Source of the DNA: an uncultured virus (IMG/VR IMGVR_UViG_3300025141_012307)
Taxonomy: Duplodnaviria; Heunggongvirae; Uroviricota; Caudoviricetes
Length of the DNA stretch: 64,000 nt
Reading direction: 5' to 3' (one strand)
Virus record (IMG/VR): IMGVR_UViG_3300025141_012307
The notes below the pieces were generated by a model. That model was given only the letters and a program-made list of their open reading frames with translations. It did no database searches and had not been told where the DNA came from. This document shows positions 57,402 to 64,000 of this stretch, piece by piece; the stretch's first letter is position 1, and each line of letters opens with the position of its first letter. The translations under genes and the position numbers were made by a program.

Positions 57402-60400
57402 TGGCTCAAGCACCACCACCTCGCCAGGCAGGACGCCAACTGCGTCAAAACCGCCACTCTAATCAGCCTGCCCAGCAAGGCACCGGAAGATCTCTATCTA
57501 TCGAGAAGCCGGTCGCTATTGGCGAACAAGACCCTCTTCTAATGTACTACTATTATCAGGAATCTGTTCGGGGATCTGATTTGTCTCCAGATACTGATCC
57601 TATGTTAATTTTTAAATCTCCTGCTTCTGTTGGGCTGCCAGCCAGTTTACAGAGCAGAGTAGATATTTACGAATGGTCAGTGGGAGGTTTTCAATTCGCC
57701 GGCGACGCGCCATTAAGGCCAACGGCAGAGGAATACCGAGCATGGAAATTTTCCTATATTACTCGAAACTATGGCGGCGCAGAGGCTAAATTTTGTGGAA
57801 ATATATCTACAGACCCTTCTTTATCGATTAACCTGCCACGATTTTTCGAGGCAGAAAGAGAAAGAACCTATAGAAAACTTCTCAGGAACTCAGCAGTCCA
57901 AGAATTTCTAGGATCTTTCTCAGCAGACAGCGGAGAAGTGACACAATTCTTGATCAACCTCCAGTCCCAGGTCGGGGGACAAAATGCTCCTATAATTAAT
58001 GCACTAGGAATTACCGTAGAGGAAGTTTTTGGTACCACTCTTGACGCTCAACAGTTTGTTGTTGACGACGAGGATACTTTATGGACAATAATCGACCGCC
58101 TTAATCGAAACCCGGAAGCTCCTCGTGATGACGCTGCCCCGCCAACTCTAGCGCCTGGATTTATTTTCCGTTCTATTATAGGCATAAGTCGGCGCTTTCC
58201 GCGCTTTGCATTTGGCAAGCTTTTGGAGCTAGCGGCCAATTCCCCCGAATACCAAAACCCAGAAGAAACATTCCAGTGGTCGTACTACAGAACAAATCAG
58301 GTTACTCCGTTTGTTGACCAGTATGAGAGCCGCCTATATTTAAATGAGAGCCGAAGAACAAGTAAGCCAGCGGCAGTCTCTCCGAACTATAATCTGTATA
58401 TTCCAGGATATGAGAAGTCTATAGCCTTAGACTCAATTCACGAAACCTCTCTTACTAACGGGTATGCCTATCATTTGGTTTCTGACTCTATTCTAGCTCC
58501 GGGTGTTTCTCCTGATGCTGGTGACTTAAGGATACCTTCTCATAATTTAGTCGCACCAGAACTATTGGCAGGGGCTGAATCTCCTGAGTGGCCCGGCATT
58601 GACCCAATATTAATGGACCAAGAACAGATTAGAGAAAACGGGGAAATCACCATCGGGGTAATGTCTGACGCCCTTACTTTTGGCGGCGACCTTCCAAGGA
58701 GTGCCATATACCAAAATCCTATAAACCCAAATACTCGCCAAGCAAGCCAAGAAGATTCGCCGCTCCCATCTTCTGTGTCAGATTATTATACCCTAGTATC
58801 AAGAACCATAGGTAGTACTACCTCTTCTTCCGGCGAAGTGACAGAGACAATTATATTACCAGCAACTGATCAAGATCTTGTTAATGATTTTAGTGGGAAG
58901 CATCATGTGTTTCCTTTTAATATATCTGTCAGCTTCCGCCGAGATGCTGAAAATAATCATGCATCGACACTGATATATCAGCAACTACAGAGCGTTGGGG
59001 TATTGTCTGGGCTTTCGGCTTCTGCCCCAACACCTAGAGAATGTTCTGTAGAAACTTCGAACCTTGCACATGATCCCCACGGTCGAGTCCAACGAACACC
59101 CATCAGGAGACAAAATAAGGGGCTTATGTTCTACAATCTTCCTGATATAATCTCATATGGATCAGAGGACAATCAACTTGTGAAACCACTAGTTGTGACT
59201 GATCATTGCATGGAGGGCTCCACAGGGCTACGTCCATATCCCTATGCCCTAGGGGGTCACCAAAGCAGTCTGGGCACTAGTTTACAAGGTGTTGCAAATG
59301 TTAAGAGTAAAAAATACCAAGAAATTTTAGACATTTCTTCTAGAAATAGTCAAACAAGATCACATACCACCTCTGAGGCTATTGGATATAAAATAACTAA
59401 ATACAGACTGAATAAAACAGAAGAAAATATTTGGCAGCCTGGGCCAACGCTTCAGACTATCATGATTGGGAACACGCCAATATTAGAGGGGCAAAGAGCA
59501 GAAGTTCAGGATTTGACATATGTTGACACTCAGATTAAATACGGGGATGTTTATGGATATTCACTTTTTGAATATCGTTTAATTTATAGTACAGAATATG
59601 AATTATTTATGGATGGTTTAAGTGTTCCCGCGGGACTGGAAGGGAATGCCGCTGACGTTATTAGTGCTCTGATGGGAAACAGGCCTAGTCCTATTAGTTA
59701 TCGGTGTTATGTTCTCCGCCGACCAAAGATAGAACTAGTAGAGGTGCCGGTTTATGATAGGACATTCTATGCCACCAATGATGCCGGCGACCGAGTGCCA
59801 TGGGATGCGTCTAGCGCACAGGTATTTGATAGAAGTTTCGGCATTTCGTACCCGCCTGTAAAGGTAATGGACGCACCCCCGCCACCGCCAGATATTGAAG
59901 TCTTCCCCTTGAAGGGAAGAAAGAACCAAGTTAAAATAAGAATGTCCCCCTCTACTGGGGTCTATGAAGGTCTTAACGCCCTCCCTATAGTATTTATTCC
60001 ACACGGAGGGACTTTCCATCCTGGCGATGGAACTAGCCTTCTAGATATTATGAGGTATCAAAGACAATACGCGATGCCGCCGCCAGAACCTAAAGAGTGG
60101 CCCGGAGAAGTAGGATTAGTGGCAACAGCAAATTGTAAATCTGAAGGCGTAACCGAAATAAAGGCGATGAGAGTGTACAGGTCACTGGAGATAGATCAGA
60201 CTGCAACATCTTCACTACGCGCATATCAATCATTTGATCCAGAGAAGAACCCAGATTCGGTAAGGCACCTTACTTTGATTAATACTTTGTATGCGCCAGA
60301 AATGGAAGTAAATGAAGATTCTGGACAGGTTGGCGTCTTATCTTTCAATATAACTGACGAGATTGAAACAAATACTTATTACTATTATACATGTGTGGCA

Positions 60401-60769
60401 GTCGATGCACACGATAATGTCTCTTCTCCTTCTGCAATTTATCAGGTACGTCTTGTTTATGATAAGGGTCTTCTGATACCGGAAGTTAATATATATGAAC
60501 ACAGCCCTATGCCGGCAACTGTTCCAACTAAAAAATTTGCACGCTTCATGCAAATTAGGCCGTCCCCTCTTCAGTCAAACCCTTTTACCGAAAGAGACGA
60601 TGAGGGTCGTATAACTTCTATCCGGAACCTTGCCGGGCAGCCAGGTCAAAGCTCTATTGTTGGTAATAAATTCATTGTCCGTCTTACATCTAGGGACACC
60701 GGAAGAAAGTTTGATATCGAACTTGATTTCAATTATGAAGATAACCCAATCGCAGACGAAGAGGAATAA
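57401..60769 (+). CDS. Large hypothetical virion protein with possible FN3/Ig-like C-terminal domains
   Basis: YVDTQIKYGDVYGY and ITDEIETNTYYYYTCVAVDAHDNVSSPS are FN3-like strand patterns. Confidence 0.55.
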   Translation: MAQAPPPRQAGRQLRQNRHSNQPAQQGTGRSLSIEKPVAIGEQDPLLMYYYYQESVRGSDLSPDTDPMLIFKSPASVGLPASLQSRVDIYEWSVGGFQFAGDAPLRPTAEEYRAWKFSYITRNYGGAEAKFCGNISTDPSLSINLPRFFEAERERTYRKLLRNSAVQEFLGSFSADSGEVTQFLINLQSQVGGQNAPIINALGITVEEVFGTTLDAQQFVVDDEDTLWTIIDRLNRNPEAPRDDAAPPTLAPGFIFRSIIGISRRFPRFAFGKLLELAANSPEYQNPEETFQWSYYRTNQVTPFVDQYESRLYLNESRRTSKPAAVSPNYNLYIPGYEKSIALDSIHETSLTNGYAYHLVSDSILAPGVSPDAGDLRIPSHNLVAPELLAGAESPEWPGIDPILMDQEQIRENGEITIGVMSDALTFGGDLPRSAIYQNPINPNTRQASQEDSPLPSSVSDYYTLVSRTIGSTTSSSGEVTETIILPATDQDLVNDFSGKHHVFPFNISVSFRRDAENNHASTLIYQQLQSVGVLSGLSASAPTPRECSVETSNLAHDPHGRVQRTPIRRQNKGLMFYNLPDIISYGSEDNQLVKPLVVTDHCMEGSTGLRPYPYALGGHQSSLGTSLQGVANVKSKKYQEILDISSRNSQTRSHTTSEAIGYKITKYRLNKTEENIWQPGPTLQTIMIGNTPILEGQRAEVQDLTYVDTQIKYGDVYGYSLFEYRLIYSTEYELFMDGLSVPAGLEGNAADVISALMGNRPSPISYRCYVLRRPKIELVEVPVYDRTFYATNDAGDRVPWDASSAQVFDRSFGISYPPVKVMDAPPPPPDIEVFPLKGRKNQVKIRMSPSTGVYEGLNALPIVFIPHGGTFHPGDGTSLLDIMRYQRQYAMPPPEPKEWPGEVGLVATANCKSEGVTEIKAMRVYRSLEIDQTATSSLRAYQSFDPEKNPDSVRHLTLINTLYAPEMEVNEDSGQVGVLSFNITDEIETNTYYYYTCVAVDAHDNVSSPSAIYQVRLVYDKGLLIPEVNIYEHSPMPATVPTKKFARFMQIRPSPLQSNPFTERDDEGRITSIRNLAGQPGQSSIVGNKFIVRLTSRDTGRKFDIELDFNYEDNPIADEEE

Positions 60770-60836
60770 ATGATTATTTTGCAGAAGCGAGACTATTTAA
60801 TAAGAACTAGCAACTAGTTTATTATGAGGGAAAGTT

Positions 60837-61823
60837 ATGGCATTCTTAAACAATAGTGGTGATATTATACTTGATGCGGTGCTGACCGAGAAGGGACGGC
60901 AACGTTTGGCTGCTGGTGATGGCAGCTTCAGGATCGCTAAATTTGCGTTCGGAGACGACGAAATAGATTACTCCCTTTATACGCCAGTAACATCTTCAGG
61001 ATATCAGGACTTGCGGATACTTAAGCTTCCTATTTTTGAGTCGTTTACTAATAATGCCGCAGCCCTTAAAAGCAAGCTTCTCACTTATGCTGATGAGACT
61101 CTTTTATATCTTCCCGTTATTAAGCTTAATAGTCTGACTCGGTTTGGTGCCTCAACAGCAGCATCACCGGGACCAGTAGGCGGGTATTATGTGTCGGTCG
61201 ATCAGACTACCACAACGCAAATTGGAGATAATCAATCCGGATACCGCTATGCTGACGCAAATTCTATAGCTTCAAATGCCTCCCAAATAGTTTTTGACCA
61301 AGGTCTTGATAGCGAAGAGTTGACTTTAGGGTATTTGTCGGCAAGACAGGCAGAATTACTTGAGACAGAGTATATGGTTGAATGTGATAATCGTCTCCTA
61401 ATGTTAGCCACAACGGACGGGCAGGGCATGGCGATCGCCAGTTTTATCGATGATGATAGTGTGGCGAGCTATTATTTTAATATGAACTCAGACGGTCACT
61501 ATTTTGGGGCTCAGCCAGGTGGTGCCAACGCCCAAAATGCTAATGCAACTATCCCCTTTATTATTAACAATATGGGTCCAAATGCCACCCAAGAAGGGTC
61601 GGCGATTGGAAGTTCTACCCGCGGTCGATTAGGGAGCCGATTAACCTTTCGTCTGAAATCCTCCCAGGATATAGAGACAGGAACAACGCTCTTTACAGAG
61701 CTTGGAAGTACGGTAGTAATTGATACTGTTACCTACTATTATATTGATACCGTCATTCGAGTCACGGGAGTCACCACGGGATATCGAGTAGATGTACCCC
61801 TTAAACTCTTGAAGAAACAATAG
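60837..61823 (+). CDS. Virion structural protein
   Basis: MAFLNNSGDIILDAVLTEKGRQRLA...KFAFGDDEIDY; GAGGG SD. Confidence 0.6.
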   Translation: MAFLNNSGDIILDAVLTEKGRQRLAAGDGSFRIAKFAFGDDEIDYSLYTPVTSSGYQDLRILKLPIFESFTNNAAALKSKLLTYADETLLYLPVIKLNSLTRFGASTAASPGPVGGYYVSVDQTTTTQIGDNQSGYRYADANSIASNASQIVFDQGLDSEELTLGYLSARQAELLETEYMVECDNRLLMLATTDGQGMAIASFIDDDSVASYYFNMNSDGHYFGAQPGGANAQNANATIPFIINNMGPNATQEGSAIGSSTRGRLGSRLTFRLKSSQDIETGTTLFTELGSTVVIDTVTYYYIDTVIRVTGVTTGYRVDVPLKLLKKQ

Positions 61824-61833
61824 GAAATAAAAT

Positions 61834-62889
61834 ATGGCTACTAGCTTTAAGACTCTCTTACCTAACGATATCCAAAGCAGCCGAACAAAACTGCATGAAT
61901 CTATCCCTTTGACAGGGACGATAATTTCAGGAACATATTCAGATAATAATATTAAGAACTACTCTCACGGGATGTTCCAATCAATATATGATTATCCTTA
62001 TCTAAGTTCTTCGGCTAACCACATATTTGACATGACTGCTGGATTCTCTTCTAACTCCGGACTTTCCGGATCAACAGGGGTAACCCAGAATGATCCAAAA
62101 ATAGATATTTATAATGAAATGTCCCAGATGTTGGCCGGGTACAGTTCTTCAGGGAGCATACATCCTTTTGATCACAGCGGGTCGTTTGGCTCAAATGCCG
62201 CAGCCACTACGATGAAAGATGTCATTGTTTTTAATTTTGCTAGGCTGCTTACTAAAGATCAGATACAAGTTTCTTCCAATGGTTTCCAAATGAAATTCGG
62301 CGTTGGCGCTGCCTATTCCACGCCCTTCTCGGATACAGTAATTGTTCAAGATAATAACGGAACTAACGCCTACACTAATTCTCCTGCCGGTGAGTTTAAT
62401 ACTCTGTTCGCAACAAACGCCGGAGTAGTGACTAACGAAGCCTGCGGTTTAGTATTCTATGATGCCGGCGTAGCTATCCTTACTGCTTCCCTATTCTCTT
62501 CTACTTTCAATGGTGCAACAGATTGTATCATGGATGACGGTGGGCTAGATATGGAAGAACTATTAGTATCAGGATCAATTAGTTCAAGCTGTGATGCAAT
62601 CCGTCGCAGGATAGATAATATATCCTTCAACAACACCACCGAACTTAATTCTACTATCTATTTCTGCCGATCTAGCTTCAATGAGTTTAATTATAGTAGC
62701 AACCCTACTTATGTTACGGGAAGCAAACTAAGAGTCAAGAGTGTCGCTACCGACGATCCAGTGTCTTACATTACGACGGTAGGACTGTACAGCCCCGATA
62801 ATGAATTGCTAGCAGTTGGCAAGGTAAGCGAGCCTCTAAAAAAGACTCCAAGCAACGAATACACTCTTCGGGTAAGACTAGACTACTAG
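61834..62889 (+). CDS. Virion structural protein (tail/baseplate)
   Basis: C-terminal FNYSSNPTY...YITTVGLY...ELLAVGKVSEPLKK...RVRLDY. Confidence 0.6.
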   Translation: MATSFKTLLPNDIQSSRTKLHESIPLTGTIISGTYSDNNIKNYSHGMFQSIYDYPYLSSSANHIFDMTAGFSSNSGLSGSTGVTQNDPKIDIYNEMSQMLAGYSSSGSIHPFDHSGSFGSNAAATTMKDVIVFNFARLLTKDQIQVSSNGFQMKFGVGAAYSTPFSDTVIVQDNNGTNAYTNSPAGEFNTLFATNAGVVTNEACGLVFYDAGVAILTASLFSSTFNGATDCIMDDGGLDMEELLVSGSISSSCDAIRRRIDNISFNNTTELNSTIYFCRSSFNEFNYSSNPTYVTGSKLRVKSVATDDPVSYITTVGLYSPDNELLAVGKVSEPLKKTPSNEYTLRVRLDY

Positions 62890-62901
62890 CAGGAGGTTGG
62901 A

Positions 62902-64000
62902 ATGCCATACCTCCACCGGTTCGAGAAAGACGACATATTAATTAATCGGATGGTCACACATCCGCAATATGAATTTACGTTATATAGCGGATCTGCGTAT
63001 ATTAACAATGATCGTAACTTAGGGCTTAACGTACCCGATGGGTATCTAAGTCTTTACGAATATAATATTAATCGGACTGAAGTCGCGACTGTTGGCGGGG
63101 CAAACGCAGTGCCATCTTCTTTAATCACACCATATGTTATACGTGATGGGAATTGGCTGGCTTTTCGATCCATCACTACCTCTAGTTATAGCGAAGACCT
63201 CCCAGGAACCATACTGACAGCATCTTATCCAATGACCTCCTCGATCCGCCGAGAATTCCAGCCTTCCCGAGCGTGGCCATTTCCCGACGGAACTAACGCT
63301 GCTAAGACTAGTTTCGTCGAGCATCGTAAAAACCTAATGGCACTAAAAAATACAATGAACTATTATCGCTATCTAAGTGACAAATATGAGTTCACCAGGG
63401 CATATGTCTCTGGCGCGGTAAACATGGTCGAGATCCCATCAATATTTTACGGAAGCTCCATTGCAAAGGGCTCCGTCAGTTTAAAGTTTTATTTTACTGG
63501 CACACTAGTCGATGAGGCAATTGATTCCCGTCAGAATGGAGAATTAATTTCCACGAGGGGTACACTGAGCGGATCAACTATCGGGATGGTTTTGTATAAC
63601 GAGGGGTATATGCTCATAACCTCTTCTGCCGATATCGGCGCAGCCACTACTGCTGACGACTATTTGGCGGATGGTTCACAGACTCAAGCAAAATGGCTTT
63701 ATTTCGGCGCATATTCTCAAGCTAGTATTTCTGCAAGCTCTGGGGGTTATGCTAGTGCTAGTTTATTTTCTGTCAACTTTAAAGGAACACAGAAGATTCC
63801 AACAATGACAATGTTCGCTACCGCTAAAAAGGGAGAAGTAAATAATTCTCTTAATCCTACTTGGCCAAGTTCTTCCAACGGTGATTGGCGAGCTAATATT
63901 CTCACTGGCTCCGGAGGCTATATTGAGCCCAGACAGCTTAAAATCACAAATACAATCCAGAATGAGTACTGTGAGTATGACTCTCCTTTTGAAAAGCAAA
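62902..64000 (+). CDS. Virion structural protein, truncated by the window end (absent from the ORF track)
   Basis: AGGAGG SD then ATG 62902: MPYLHRFEKDDILINRMVTHPQYEFTLYSGSAY...; appears open to the end; GMVLYNEG and FNNS-like EVNNSLNPTW segments parallel the previous gene. Confidence 0.7.
   Translation, partial: MPYLHRFEKDDILINRMVTHPQYEFTLYSGSAYINNDRNLGLNVPDGYLSLYEYNINRTEVATVGGANAVPSSLITPYVIRDGNWLAFRSITTSSYSEDLPGTILTASYPMTSSIRREFQPSRAWPFPDGTNAAKTSFVEHRKNLMALKNTMNYYRYLSDKYEFTRAYVSGAVNMVEIPSIFYGSSIAKGSVSLKFYFTGTLVDEAIDSRQNGELISTRGTLSGSTIGMVLYNEGYMLITSSADIGAATTADDYLADGSQTQAKWLYFGAYSQASISASSGGYASASLFSVNFKGTQKIPTMTMFATAKKGEVNNSLNPTWPSSSNGDWRANILTGSGGYIEPRQLKITNTIQNEYCEYDSPFEKQ

Overview
This window reads as part of a large tailed (myovirus-like, probably jumbo) bacteriophage genome in the standard genetic code; nearly all genes are on the + strand. 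From left to right: (1) a translation module with six tRNAs (Lys-UUU, Arg-UCU, Ile2-CAU, Thr-UGU, Gly-UCC and an unusual Ser-AGA) around a tilS gene, plus a complete tmRNA at about 12.4 kb; (2) accessory and probable head-associated genes (J-domain protein, vWA/Cys-repeat lipoprotein, trypsin-like protease, a 1120-aa multidomain ligase-like/nucleotidyltransferase protein, PIN-PhoH, HEXXH peptidase, Cas4-like nuclease); (3) a ~13-kb glycosylation cluster (GT4s, split HldE-like kinase and nucleotidyltransferase, two short NeuB, a NeuA-like enzyme, SDRs, Maf-like proteins, HAD); (4) a gp55-like sigma factor followed by a baseplate/tail block (M23 peptidase, gp25, gp6-like wedge, giant 2041- and 3361-aa proteins). 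The strongest leads are a strand-oriented NTANTTA promoter-like motif often followed directly by a leaderless ATG, a pervasive (S/T)-(G/A/S)-S motif in virion proteins that may be the acceptor for the phage glycosylation cluster, a possible protease-processed polyprotein, and two unexplained structured RNA regions. All protein calls come from reading motifs by eye; no database search was run.
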